A stretch of DNA of 64,000 nt from Octopus sinensis (GCF_006345805.1 NC_043016.1:2666001-2730000), one strand, 5' to 3'; positions 41,201-53,467 are shown, numbered from the stretch's first letter. Notes: generated by a model from the letters alone, not told the origin. Program-made: numbers and translations.

Positions 41201-42197
41201 GAGAGGTTGACGCTGTCCTTGTCGCCCACGCAGAGCGAGCTCTGCAGCGCATCACGTCCTGCTTTGCAGATGCCTCGCAGCAATTTGGCCTGGAGGTCAG
41301 CCTCAAGAAGACAGAAGTACTTCACCAACCTACACCCCAAGAGGAATACTGCCCACCCCACATCACTATTTGCTGTATCGAACTGAAATCAATACAGCAG
41401 TTTACATTACCTGGGCTGCATCATCTCATCCGATGCAAGGATCGACATGGAAATTGACAGTAGACTTTCCAAGGCAAATAGCTCCTTTGGCAAATTGTAC
41501 AAACGTGTTTGGCACAATGGTGGCCTGAAGAACAAAGCAAAGATCAGTGTCTACAGGGCCGTGGTTCTCACCACTCTTCTCTACGGCTCAGAATCTTGGA
41601 TCAGTTACCACAGTCACATCCGTCTCCTCGAGCGCTTCCACCAGCGATGTCTCCGCACCATTCTCAACATTCACTGGAGTGACTTCGTCACAAACATTGA
41701 AGTCTTGGAGCGGGCCGAGATCCCCAGTATTGAAGCCATGCTACTGAAGTCCCACCTCCGATGGGTAGGGCATGTCTCCAGAATGGAGAACCATCGCCTT
41801 CCTAAGATTGCCCTGTTTGGCGAACTCTCCACCTGCCACCGAGTGAGAGGAGCTCCGAGGAAGCACTACAAAGACTGCCTCAAGAAGTCTCTAACAGCAT
41901 GTCGTATTAACCACCAATGCTGGTCAGACCTGGCTGCGGACCGTGATGTCTGGCGCCACACGATCTTCAACGCAGTCAGCAAGTTTGAGGAACAAAGAAG
42001 AGACGCAATTAAAGACAAGAGACGCAGGAGGAAGCCGCGAGCCGCCTCTGACACCACACCGGATGTTACCTTCGTCTGTGGACACTGCTCACGGACCTGC
42101 CTTTCCCATATCGGACTTGTCAGTCATGAGCGTGCATGCACGCGACGTGGATAGCCTTCCTGATCTTCGTTCGCGAAGCCGAGACATGATGATGATG
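38273..42197 (+). mobile_element. Full-length RTE-clade (BovB/RTE-1-like) LINE, frameshifted; (TGA)n then (TACA)n tail
   Basis: CWNVRTM..ERRSALIAHELSRLNIDIAALSE, NYRGITLLS, FVDLKKAFNTV, GVKHGCVLAPTLF, HRLPKIALFGEL, CGHCSRTCLSHIGLVSH. Confidence 0.93.
38297..38353 (+). ncRNA. Candidate HDV-like ribozyme at the RTE 5' end
   Basis: P1 ACCATGT/ACATGGT, P2 CCAGT/ACTGG, CC in the loop with GG after P1 (P1.1), P4 TCG-TCGG-CGA, J4/2 CTAA. P3/L3 geometry is ambiguous. Confidence 0.45.
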
Positions 42198-42643
42198 ACA
42201 TACATACATGCGCACATGCATGCACACACATACATACATACGCACATATGTACATACATACATACGCACATACATACATACTTGTACACATATACATATA
42301 TACGCACATACATACACACATACATACATACATAGATACATACATACATACATACATACATACATACATACATACATACATACATACATACATACATACA
42401 TAAATACACACATACATACGTACATATATATATCATGAACTAACTGTTACTTTCTCAGATGCAGCACGAAGTTTTGTCAGTGAAGAGGTCGCGGCTGAAA
42501 GCGACGGAAATATTTGACAAATTAAATTTAAATGTTGAAGTGAATCGAACGGTTTTTTGTGTGTTTCTTAAATGGCTTATAAACACATTCCACGCTGCAA
42601 TTGTTTTATATATATACACACACACACACACAACACACACACA

Positions 42644-42705
<62 letters not shown>

Positions 42706-42715
<10 letters not shown>

Positions 42716-43380
42716 AAGGACAACTACTTAAAGGAAAACTAACAAGAATTGTCAGGTAGATAGCGTAAAAACCTCATAAGAGAAAAAATTTCGAAAATAA
42801 TTATTTCTTATTGAACATATTAATTATATATAGAGGGCATAATATACATACATGCCAGGAGGCATTATATATACTGCCAAACGCTAAGAGGGACAATCAG
42901 TCATTTCTACCAAAAATATTACTAATCCCACCGAATGCAATTTTTCAAAGTAAGACATTTAAAAATATAGGCCTGTATCACAGTGATTTCATACTTACGT
43001 AATCATCAGCAGGCTGAATGTATTATAAATAAACAACGACCCTGCCTCGCTTAAGCCGAACAGCTAACTGATCAACATCAACGAAGCACATGGGTGAGTT
43101 TATATATATTACATCCGGGTGAATGGCAAACTTTTACAAAATTGCATTTCGGGAGAGGAAAAGTTTTTTCGGAATAAAAATTTTGCAATTAAGGACAACT
43201 ACTTAATAAGGAAAACTTAACAAGAAATTGTCAGGTAGATAGCGTAAAAACCTCATAAGAGAAAAAATTTCGAAAATAATTATTTCTTATTGAACATATT
43301 AATTTATATAAAGAGGGCATAATTATACATACATGCAGGAGGCATTATATATACCTGCCAAACGCTAAGAGGGACAATCA
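42706..43380 (-). repeat. ~475-bp tandem repeat, 1.4 units, hammerhead-bearing (family E)
   Basis: Units start with TTTTGCAATTAAGG at 42706 and 43181; HHR on the minus strand at 42969-43015. Confidence 0.93.
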
Positions 43381-43680
43381 GCGTTTGGCAGGATATATAA
43401 TGCCTCCTGGCATGATGTATAATTATGCCCTATATATAAATTAATATGTTCAATAAGAAATAATTATTTTCGAAATTTTTTCTCTTATGAGTTTTTACGC
43501 TATCTACCTGACAATTTCTTGTTAAGTTTTCCTTATTAAGTAGTTGTCCTTAATTGCAAAATTTTTATTCCGAAAAAACTTTTCCTCTCCCGAAATGCAA
43601 TTTTGTAAAAGTTTGCCATTCACCGGATGTAATATATATAAATCACCCATGTGCTTCGTTGATGTTGATCAGTTAGCTGT
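43381..43680 (+). repeat. Inverted family E copy, left part (interrupted by Tx1)
   Basis: Reverse complement of the unit; continues at 48947-49200. Confidence 0.93.
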
Positions 43681-43874
43681 CATTTGCGGAGCAGTTTGTT
43701 GCGTTTTGCGTTGTGAGAAATTTGCTGCTGCTATTTAAGAGAATTCGAAGTTATAATATCATTGTTTGTGTAAACTGTTCTGAACAGTACCCGTCGTAAA
43801 ACGATAATTTTCGCCCTACGGGGCAGAAAATTTTGTTCTAACCATATCTTGTTACTTAAAGGTAACCTTCAGAG

Positions 43875-45296
43875 ATGGAGTTCGACCTAACGTCGAAGGA
43901 AGACTTTCCCGTGATGGGAAAAGGTGAAAAAGAGGAAAACCCAGTACCCAGGCAATCATTCTCGGCCGCGGTGGGCGGCGCCATGTTGGAGATAGAATTC
44001 AAGATTGAACAACTGTACGAATATAGGAATTTGGTAAAACTAGAAGGAGGAGAAATAAGGCTTGTGCCGCCGCAAGCGAAGGTGCAAGAAATTAAGGAAA
44101 AGATCGTAATCTATAAAGTGTACAACTTTAAGAAAAAAAGATCATGGAAGTAAAAAACGAAACCGTTGAGAAATGCTTGGCCCCGGTGTGGGATAAAATT
44201 CGCCATATAGTGAGAGGTGCACGAAGTGCCACGATCGAAGCACACTTTGACACGGCAGAGGTGGCGAAGGAGGTGTCGTCGTTGACCCTTAAAAACGACG
44301 ACATCATGCTGCTACCCTCGTATATGGGGAAGAGAACCGCAAAGGTAACGGTTGAAGACATACCCAGAGGATACGACACCATGTGGGTAGCAGCGGCGGT
44401 CTTACATGATGTAGAACGCGAAATGAACATACTGCAAATGAGAAGGAAGGAAGCGGTACGTTGGAGGGGTCAGACTCTGGAGCTCCTCGTACAGGCAGAG
44501 AACAAGATCTTGGAGAGCCTGCCTGACAGGATTTTTAACGAGGATGGCACGTCCATGAGAGTGTCGGTGGAAGGACGAAGACCCAGATGCTTCAAGTGTG
44601 GAGAAAAGGGTCACGTCCGTTCCAATTGCATCAGAAAAAAAAACAGAAGATGCGGGCCCTCCAAGTGTACCCAATGCGGAGGGAGAGGAAGCTAAGAAGA
44701 ACAACAAAACGACCAAGACAAATACGGAAGCAAAAATAGACCAAATAGAACCGATGGAATACACCCAAGTTACGCACAAAAGAAAAAAAGAAAATACCCT
44801 GGACTCCCCTCCCCAAACAAGGAAAAAAACAACTAGCACTACAGACACACACATTAAGCAAATCCCCCAACCCTACCCCCATGGCACTGTTTTCATTGGA
44901 AAACAGTTTGCCAAACCCCTCCCCGTAAAACAAGATCCTAAAAAATGTTTATTGAAAAACGAAAAAATAATTGCGTTTGATGAAAAAAACGAAAAAGTTT
45001 ACAAATGCTGCAAACTGTCGAGGTTCATGCTGTATAGCAGAACCTCAGATGGAAAAGCAATTGCGCGCTTCGCCAAGGTAGGCGAGAACGAATGGAAGGA
45101 GGAGGTTCTTCAGGAACACCTGAAGAACCGCCTAATAAGAGATGTCACCAAAGAGGTGTTAGAAGGAAAACTAACAATAACCCCGGCAACCACACCAACC
45201 CAGAGCCCAGTGGCAACGCCGGTCAAAAGCCCTGCAGTAGCGGAAGAAAGGGAAGCAGGCAAAATTAGACCGCCGTGCTCCCTTTCACAAACGTGA
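43875..45296 (+). pseudogene. Tx1 ORF1 (gag-like), in three frame segments
   Basis: RPRCFKCGEKGHVRSNC zinc knuckle. Confidence 0.85.
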
Positions 45297-45324
45297 GTAT
45301 AGTTATTTCTCTCCCTCGCTCACA

Positions 45325-48300
45325 ATGGCCAAGCTGGGCTGCCTAAACATACGTGGAATGGGGTCGAAACGGAAACAAATTTGTTTCCTGAACGACCTCA
45401 CGACACAAGGTATAGATGTTGCTATCGTAACCGAGTCCAAGATGAGCGAGACCCAAGCGTTCTCACCTCTTCTAAATGGTTTCGAGAAATTTATTTCTCC
45501 TAGCCGAGGAGGAGGAAGAGGCGTGGCAGTCTTCATCAGGAAGAGCTTGGACCTGCAGGTAAGTACTGTCTTTCTGGACCCAGAAGGCAGGCTGGTTGTC
45601 CTGGATGTGACTCACGCAAGTAAACAGTCCTTCAGGTTGGTAGCTGTCTACGCCCCGAACGAGGGTAGACAGTTGGGTTTCTTTCGAAGCCTGGAGCCCT
45701 TTCTGGCGACGTCGAAAACAGTAATACTAGTAGGGGACTTTAACACTGTCCTTGAAGCGCACATCGACAGTGTTGGCTCAACTAATAGGAAGGGGAATCC
45801 TAGCCTCAAGGGTCTACTGGAGAGCTTTGATCTAGTGGACCGTTACCGACTGGATGAGCCGAGCGTTCCACAGTGGACGTGGAGTAACTACGACGGCTCA
45901 CACAGATCGTACCTAGATAGGATAAATAAAAAAAAGAGATAAGGATACGTTTAGTTGTCCACAATTTCATATTGTACCTTACTCGGATCACAAGTTTGTG
46001 ACGTGTGAGGTGCAATTAGACAAGTGTCATAGACAGGGACCCGGGTACTGGAAGCTGAACAAGGCTATTTTGAATTGTGAAGACTTCCGTACCCGGATTA
46101 AGGAGTTAGTTCAGAGGGCATTGTGCGGCACCGTCATTAACAATAGATGGTGGCACGCCCTCAAAAGAGCCATTCGATTAGAGTCCGTTAGATTTAGCAA
46201 TCAGATAAGGACAGATAGAGCTAGTCTAGAGGGCGATTTAGTTAAGAATCTAGACGAGGCAATGGAAGCTGGCTCTGCATCCGGAGTACTGGCGGCAAGG
46301 ACGGTATTGTACCGACACCTTGACTCCAAACACGAAGGTTGCAGAGTCAGAGCTAAGCTGCGCGCCGGGAACGAGAAGGTGTTAACGTAGCCGGATGGGC
46401 CCGTCGTGTGGAGAGTAAGAGAGGCAACAGAGCCTCAATAAAATTTGACTGGCGAACAGGGACAAAAGATCTATGGACAGGAGGAGATGCAAAAGTTTCT
46501 TCACCAGCATTTCGCGCGCGCGTTCGGGGGTGGTGGCCCGCTGGACCGGGGGAGTGCCTTAAGGGACTTCCTGGCCGGCGGGCCGCGGCTCGCGGGGCGT
46601 GAGGCGGAGTGCTGTGAGGGAGCGATCACTCCCGCGGAAATAAGGGAAGTGCTGGCCGAGTGCGCCGGGGAGAAATCGCCGGGGCTGGATGGTCTGCCCT
46701 ACGAGTTTTACCAAAATATGCCGGATTTGTTGGGGAATACTGGCAGGCGTCTACACGAACTGGCAGCAGAACGGGAGAATTCCCAGTTCTGTAAGCCGGG
46801 AGTGGTGACGCTAATCCAGAAAGACCCGAGCAAAGGGGATATGATTAGTAACTACAGGCCCATAACTCTACTTAATGTAGAGTTAAAGATTTTGGCCAAG
46901 GTGTTAGCAAAAAGGTTGACGGTTGTCGTGGAGAAACTTGTAGGGAGAGCACAGACATGTGCAATTCCAGGCAGGTCGATCCAGGACAACCTTCACCTTA
47001 TACGCTACACCTTAGATAGGGTGGGTAAAGTAACCGGCAAAGGTGGGGTAATGGTCCACTTGGACCAAAGTAAAGCCTTCGATAGGGTAGACCATGGGTA
47101 CCTGGCGGCGGTCCTCGAAGCGACCGGACTGGGTCCCGAATTCCGCGGGTGGATCTCCGCTATGTACAGCGGCATCAAGTCCACCGTCCAGATAAACGGT
47201 TACCTAACAGAACCGTTTTCGATCGAATGTTCAGTACGTCAGGGGTGCCCCTTGTCACCACTTTTGTACGTATTGGCTCTCGAGCCACTACTGCGAAGGT
47301 TGGAGAGGCTGGGGAGTAACTCAGATGGAATCGGAGGTGGGAGGTCGGTCACTGCCTATGCGGATGACATCACCCTCATCGTGTCCAAGGAGGCCCAACT
47401 ACCTGGTGTAGAGGAGGCTATCAGAGGATACGAGGCGGTGGCAGGAGCAAAGGTTAACAGGGACAAATCGGTCGGCTTGCGCCTCGGCACCTGGAGGAAC
47501 AAGCCGATATTGTCCAGTGTTGTGGGACACTGGACGGATGGCCCTGTTAAGTTGCTGGGAGTCTGGTTTGGACCGGACTCCCAAACGGAGAAGAACTGGA
47601 GCGAGGTGACGGGCAAGGTGGAGGCCATAATACGGACCTGGTCCGGAAGGTCTCTGTCCTTGAAAGGAAGGGCGGAGGTGGCGCAGATGTTTATTGCATC
47701 CGTAATCACCTACCGCCTGACCGTCGTCCCTTGCCCCGACTCATGGCTTAACAAGTTGGAACGAGCCCTCTTCCGCTTTTTGTGGAAAGGAGGAAAGCCA
47801 CTTGTGAGACGCTCCGTGTGCTGTCAAGAACCGTTAAAGGGTGGGGTAGGGATGCCTTGGTTAATGATGCGCAGACATGCGTTGAGACTAAGACATCTCT
47901 GGCACCACCTGGAAGGTGATAAGGTGTGGAGTCCGTTGGCAGAGGGATTTTTTCCGAGACCGGCCTCCTTAGTTAATTTTAAACCCGGTTACATCAGAAG
48001 ATGCAATCTGACTCCATGGCAAAAGGAGTGCCGACAGGCACTCACGCTGATCCCAAGGCGGGCAAGGCCGGCTGCGGAAATACCACCTCGGTATTTTATA
48101 GAGGGCTGGTAGAAGGTAAAAACGATGACGTCCTAGGAGGGGCTCTGGGGTTTGATGAAAACCAGCTTGCCAATCTGTTTAAGAAAACGTTCAGGTCGGG
48201 GTATTTGGATAATTTCCAAAGATCCCTGGCTTGGCAGTGCTACAGGAATGCTTTACCTGTTCGCGAAAAGTTATCACGGCACGGAGTTCCAGTGCCACCG

Positions 48301-48704
48301 ACGTGTCAAAGATGCGGGCTGGACGATGAAACCGTTCAGCACGCTTTTTTCATTGTCGGAAGTTGAACGACTTGATAAGTTACGCAGAACACGTGTTATC
48401 GCATCTGGGACGAGTACAGCTGTCGGCTGAGTCTATGATTAAGATGATACCGCCAACTGGACTCTCGAAGGAAGGTGAGGCATGTTTTCACTGCACGGTT
48501 GCAGTGGTAAAGGAATGCATGTGGAGAACGAGAATGGAAGGAACCGCGACAGGGTCATTTGTCTCCGGGCCCGGCTTGCTCACCTACTTCAGATATCATC
48601 TGAGAAGCAAGATGGGACTGGAGAGGAGGACCCTGCCGCGGGGAGTGTATGCGAATAGATGGAAGGAAGTGGAAAGAAAGGTGGGTACGAGAAGGCCAGC
48701 TTGA
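45325..48704 (+). pseudogene. Tx1 ORF2 (APE, RT, zinc-binding domain), in about five frame segments
   Basis: CLNIRG, VYAPN, GDFN, SYLDRI, KSPGLDGLP, QGCPLSP, AYADD, CQRCGLDDETVQH. Confidence 0.93.
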
Positions 48705-48946
48705 CCATGGAGGAGAGAGAGGAAGTGGAAGCTGCAGGGCCTCAACAATTGCCGGGGTGTGAAAGCTCGAGTATAATCACAAAGGTCAGCTACAAGTGTT
48801 TGTAACACTAGTTACGCAAAAACTATTACTTATAACGAATACAAACGAAACTTTTTTTAATCGATTCTCTTAAATTTTCTTGTATGTATGTATGTCCTGT
48901 ATTCGTCCTTTCTATGTATTAATTTTTATAATTGTAATAAAGAAAT

Positions 48947-49200
48947 TGTTGATCAGTTAGCTGTTCGGCTTAAGCGAGGCAGGGTCGTTGTTTATTTATA
49001 ATACATTCAGGCCTGCTGATGATTACGTAAGTATGAAATCACTGTGATACAGGCCTATATATTTTTAAATGTCTTACTTTGAAAAATTGCATTCGGTGGG
49101 ATTAGTAATATTTTTGGTAGAAATGACTGATTGTCCCTCTTAGCGTTTGGCAGGTATATATAATGCCTCCTGGCATGTATGTATAATTATGCCCTCTATA
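48947..49200 (+). repeat. Inverted family E copy, right part
   Basis: Resumes the unit exactly after the TSD; ends in (TA)n. Confidence 0.93.
49009..49056 (+). ncRNA. Type I hammerhead ribozyme, family E
   Basis: AGGCCTG-CTGATGA-T-TAC-GTAA-GTA-T-GAAA-TCACTGTGA-TA-CAGGCCT; perfect 7-bp stem I, GNRA loop, stem III ATCAC-T-GTGAT. Confidence 0.85.
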
Positions 49201-49231
49201 TATATATATATATATTATATATATATCTATA

Positions 49232-49804
49232 CAATCGTTACATTACTCGGTAGTCAAGATAAAGATTTTAAAACTCTGAGTTTCAGATGCCGAAGTGGAA
49301 ATCCACAGCACCATCTCTTCGTATCTGGCTATTGAAAACGTTATGAAAAAATACCGTTAAAAATGAAGGAAAATTACTCTGTTTTAAACTCTGCTTGCCT
49401 GCGTACTTAACATCGCTCGCATTTTCGTCATAAAAATTATATAAAAATACATAAAAATATATAAAATATATAAAATATATAAAATATATAAAAATATAAT
49501 TTATATATTTTATATATTTTTATGTATTTTTATATAATTTTTATGACGAAAAATGCGAGCGATGTATAAGTACGCAGCAAAGCAGAGTTATAACAGAGTA
49601 ATTTCCCTTCATTTTTAACGGTATTTTTTCATAACGTTTTCAAATAGCCAGAAACCGAAGAGATGGTGGTTGTGGATTTCCACTTCGGCATCTGAAACTC
49701 AGAGTTTTATTTGACTACCGAGTAATGTAACATATTGTATAGATAAATTTCCTCTATACATAATATTGAGGTCTCTTTCTTTCTTTGTTATCTTACCGTT
49801 TTAT

Positions 49805-49808
<4 letters not shown>
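49232..49808. repeat. Head-to-head palindrome of two solo family D pseudo-LTRs
   Basis: 49232-49495 is the reverse complement of about 49500-49745; both match 34430-34750. Confidence 0.9.
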
Positions 49809-49851
<43 letters not shown>

Positions 49852-49861
49852 TATACACACC

Positions 49862-50260
49862 TTTTTTGTTTTACTTGTTTCAGTCATTGTGTTGCGGCCA
49901 AGCTGGAGCACCGCCTTTAGTCAAGCAAATCGACCCCAGGACTTATTCTTTGAAAGCCTAGTACTTATTCTAGCGTTCGATTTAGCTGAACCGCTAAGTT
50001 ACGAGGACGTAAACACACCAGCATCAGTCGTCAATCTATGTTGGTGGGGGGGGACAAACACAGACACACAAACATATACACACATGCATATATACATATA
50101 TACGACGGGCTTCTTCCAGTTTCCGTCTACCAAATCCACTCGTAAGACTTTGGTAAGCCCGAGGCAACACTAGAAGACACTTGCTCAAGGTGCCACGCAG
50201 TGGAATTGAACCCGGAACCATGTGGTTGGTAAGCAATGTACTTACCACACAGCCACTCAT
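49862..50260 (-). mobile_element. OK-like SINE
   Basis: Matches 27280-27703 and 54608-55000. Confidence 0.82.
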
Positions 50261-50406
50261 CAATAAAAAGTCGAGCGACCACCAGCCAGACGAATAAGGG
50301 TAACACAAAAGAAAATGAAAATGTCCTAAGTGACTGGAGACCCGAAAATGGCAGAACGAAGGAAGATGTAAACAAACCGTAGAGGGAAAAGGTGAAGGAA
50401 CATTGT

Positions 50407-50565
50407 GGTGCAGGTGTGGCTGTGTGGTAAGAAGCTTGCTTAACAACCACATGGTTCCGTGTCCAGTCCCACTGCACGAGATCTTGGATAAAAGTCTTCT
50501 ACTATAGCCTTGGGCCGACCAAAGCCTTTTAGGTGAAGTAAGTAGGCGGAAACTGAAAGAAGTTC
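50407..50565 (+). mobile_element. OK-like SINE, 5' half
   Basis: GGTGCAGGTGTGGCTGTGTGGTAAGAAGCTTGC...CCGACCAAAGCC. Confidence 0.78.
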
Positions 50566-50581
50566 TCTCTTTCCCTCTCTG

Positions 50582-50652
<71 letters not shown>

Positions 50653-51337
50653 ATGCTTGTTCGTTCACCCATTGTACTTGAGTTAGAGAGGGGGAGGAGC
50701 GAGTGAGAGGTGGAGTAAAAATGAAAGAGAGAGGAGAGGAATATGAGTAGAAAGAAAGGAAGTAAGGAAGAAGTAGAGAAAGGTGTAGAACGTGATTAAA
50801 GGACGCTGACAGAAAAGAGGACGAGAGAAATGAGGGAGTGTGAGAGGAGTGTTAACGACGTGCTGTAGGGTAGAGATGGGAAAAGCAAAGAGAAAGAGGT
50901 ATGCTTTGGATACAATATTCAGTTCGGGTAGTAAGGTTAAAAAAAGACAGATAGAGAGCGATGGACAGCGGAGACAGTTACATTGAGAAAAGAGAGAGAG
51001 AGAGTGAGAGAGAGAGGGGAGAGAGAGATAGAGCGAGAGAGAGCAGACAGCCAGCCGATGCATTATGCTGACACTCACGTGGTTAGTGGAAGTGAGAGGT
51101 GAAGAGAAGGAGAGAAATGTTAAAGACGTGAAGAGGGGAATTAAATGGTTAAAAAGTCTGTTGAGAGAGAAAAATAAAGTGCCTAGCAGAGGAAAATTTT
51201 AAAGCCTTAATATATATTATTGTGACCGGAAGTGAAATAACTTAGCAAAATGAAAATAAAAATACAAATCATCCTTTCCTCCTTAAATAGCTTCCCTTAA
51301 TCTTTTTCGTAATGCAGAATTTCTACAGGTCCCACTA

Positions 51338-51379
<42 letters not shown>

Positions 51380-51381
<2 letters not shown>

Positions 51382-51710
51382 ATACAATATGTTACAATAT
51401 GTTATATATTTTTATATATTTTTATATATTTTTATGTATTTTTATATAATTTTTATGACGAAAAATGCGAGCGATGTATAAGTACGCAGGCAAAGCAGAG
51501 TTATAACAGAGTAATTTCCCTTCATTTTTAACGGTATTTTTTCATAACGTTTTCAAATAGCCAGATAACCGAAGAGATGGTGTTGTGGATTTCCACTTCG
51601 GCATCTGAAACTCAGAGTTTTATCTTGACTACCGAGTATTGTATAGATAAATTTCCTCTATTTACATAATATTGAGGTCTCTTTCTTTCTTTTGTTATCT
51701 TACCGTTTTA

Positions 51711-51712
<2 letters not shown>
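51380..51712 (+). repeat. Solo family D pseudo-LTR between (TA)n tracts
   Basis: Near-identical to 34430-34745. Confidence 0.92.
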
Positions 51713-51753
<41 letters not shown>

Positions 51754-51759
<6 letters not shown>

Positions 51760-52208
51760 TCTGATGACTAATTCGTCTTTTGTGCTCGGCCACTGGTAGT
51801 AATCTATGTTATTACGCTTTTTTGATTTATTCACATATTACTTGATAGATTTGTTCGTAAAATTTTTTCCCGGCATAGATTTTGCGTCTGCGCAGAGGTT
51901 TGAAAAGTTAAGTTTTACAAGCTGTTTAGAACACATGGTCTAACGCTCTCTGCTTCTCGATTTAACAAAGGCGTCTGTTTTGCTAGAAAGAGGTAGAAAC
52001 TGATCAGTCCGGGATGTATCGTTAATGGTAAATGTTTTTGGTTTTCACTCTCGATGAATTTATCCCTTTTTTGTGTCCCTAGCACTTGGCATCATTATTT
52101 AGGAGCCCTTAATTATATTTCTATATGAATAATATTTTGTCTAATGACTAATTCGTCTTTTGCGCTGGGCCACTGGTAGTAATCTATGTCATTACCCTTT
52201 TTTGATTA
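51754..52208. repeat. 380-bp-period direct repeat, 1.2 units, (TA)n-flanked
   Basis: ATTTTGTCT(G/A)ATGACTAATTCGTC...TTTTTTGATT at 51754 and 52134. Confidence 0.85.
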
Positions 52209-52451
52209 TAATATATAATATTTATATATATATTATATTATATATATATGTATATATATGTATATATATATATATAATGTATATATATATATATGTACGC
52301 ACACACACTCGCACTGACACACATGTACATATATGTATATATATATCTATGTACACACACAGACGCGCGCACACAACACACATACGCATATAGGTATGTA
52401 AAAAAAAAGAGAAATTAGAAAGCTTCTGAGAATGCGGAAAATATGATAAAA

Positions 52452-52490
52452 CCCTTATATTTCAGGCGCAACGTCCTATCTTCAGAAGAA
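52452..52490 (-). ncRNA. Minimal type I hammerhead-like motif (family F)
   Basis: TTCTT-CTGAAGA-T-AGG..CCT-GAAA-TA-TA-AGGG; stem III palindrome ATAT; weak stem I. Confidence 0.55.
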
Positions 52491-52956
52491 CCGAACAGTC
52501 TATGACAACCAGAGTTATGTAGTTTCCGTTACCCCATTCAAATTCCTTAGCGCTTTTGTAACAGCACCATTCGCTCACCAAACCTAGATGTAATCGATGT
52601 CCAACGCGTTTGTGTAAACCAGTGGTTCACAAAGTGGATAGTACTGTACTTCCCGGGGACAGTGGAAAGTACCAAGAGAAGTGGGGCGATAATGGGGTAC
52701 CGATTCATGTAAAGACAAAAAAATAATGGTTTCATTGGGTTAAGTTTTATTTGTGAAATACAGTTGCTTTGAATTTGCTTGAGAAAGAGGTCAATGGTTG
52801 TGATGGTTAGTTGGGGTGATGGCGCTAGGAATTTTGGTTTGAGTGTCTAGCGGGCAGCTACTCTGAAAAGTTTGGGTACCACTGGTGTAAACAAACACCC
52901 AGCTGTTGCTGTAAGCTGCTCAGCATTTGTGGTGTAGTGGCATTATATCAGTAGTA

Positions 52957-53172
52957 ATAAGGCAGCGAGCTGGCAGAATCTTTAGCGTGCTGAAGGAAAT
53001 GCTTAGCGGTATTTCGCCCATCGCTACGTTCTGAGTTCAAATTACGCCGAGGTCAACTTTACATTTCATCGTTTCGGGGTCGATAAATTAAGTATCAGTT
53101 ACGCACTGGGGTCGATGTAATCGACGCATACCCTCCCACCAAATTTGAGACCTTGTGTCTACAGTAGAAACG
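52957..53172 (+). mobile_element. OR-like tRNA-derived SINE with a probable 15-bp TSD
   Basis: GGCAGCGAGCTGGCAGAA head, GTTCTGAGTTCAAATT; ATTATATCAGTAGTA at 52942-52956 and 53173-53187. Confidence 0.82.
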
Positions 53173-53204
53173 ATTATATCAGTAGTAGTATTAGTAGTGG
53201 TGGC

Positions 53205-53274
<70 letters not shown>

Positions 53275-53414
53275 CAGTAGTAGTAGTAGTCACCCTTTAA
53301 GCGTTGCCGTTTCGGCTGTTGTATTCTGTCATACAACACCGGCTCAACTCGCATTTTAGGGTTGAAGCGGTGGAATTGCCTACAACTCGGACAGCCGGCA
53401 AAGCATGAAGGATG

Positions 53415-53467
<53 letters not shown>

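Larger units (their letters stand above)
43681..48946 (+). mobile_element. Full-length Tx1/L1-clade LINE with an 18-bp target-site duplication
   Basis: TGTTGATCAGTTAGCTGT at 43663-43680 and 48947-48964; ORF1 and ORF2 lie between. Confidence 0.96.

Noticed and set aside
42990-43010. ATACTTAC resembling the 5' end of U1 snRNA (Tx1 elements can target snRNA genes)
   Set aside because: The match is only 8 nt and nothing downstream resembles U1. The sequence is the complement of hammerhead stem II.
50680-51240. Possible promoter: purine-rich tract, E-box CACGTG at 51076-51081 and ETS-like CCGGAAGT at 51226-51233
   Set aside because: Short motifs are expected by chance, and no downstream exon or ORF can be supported.
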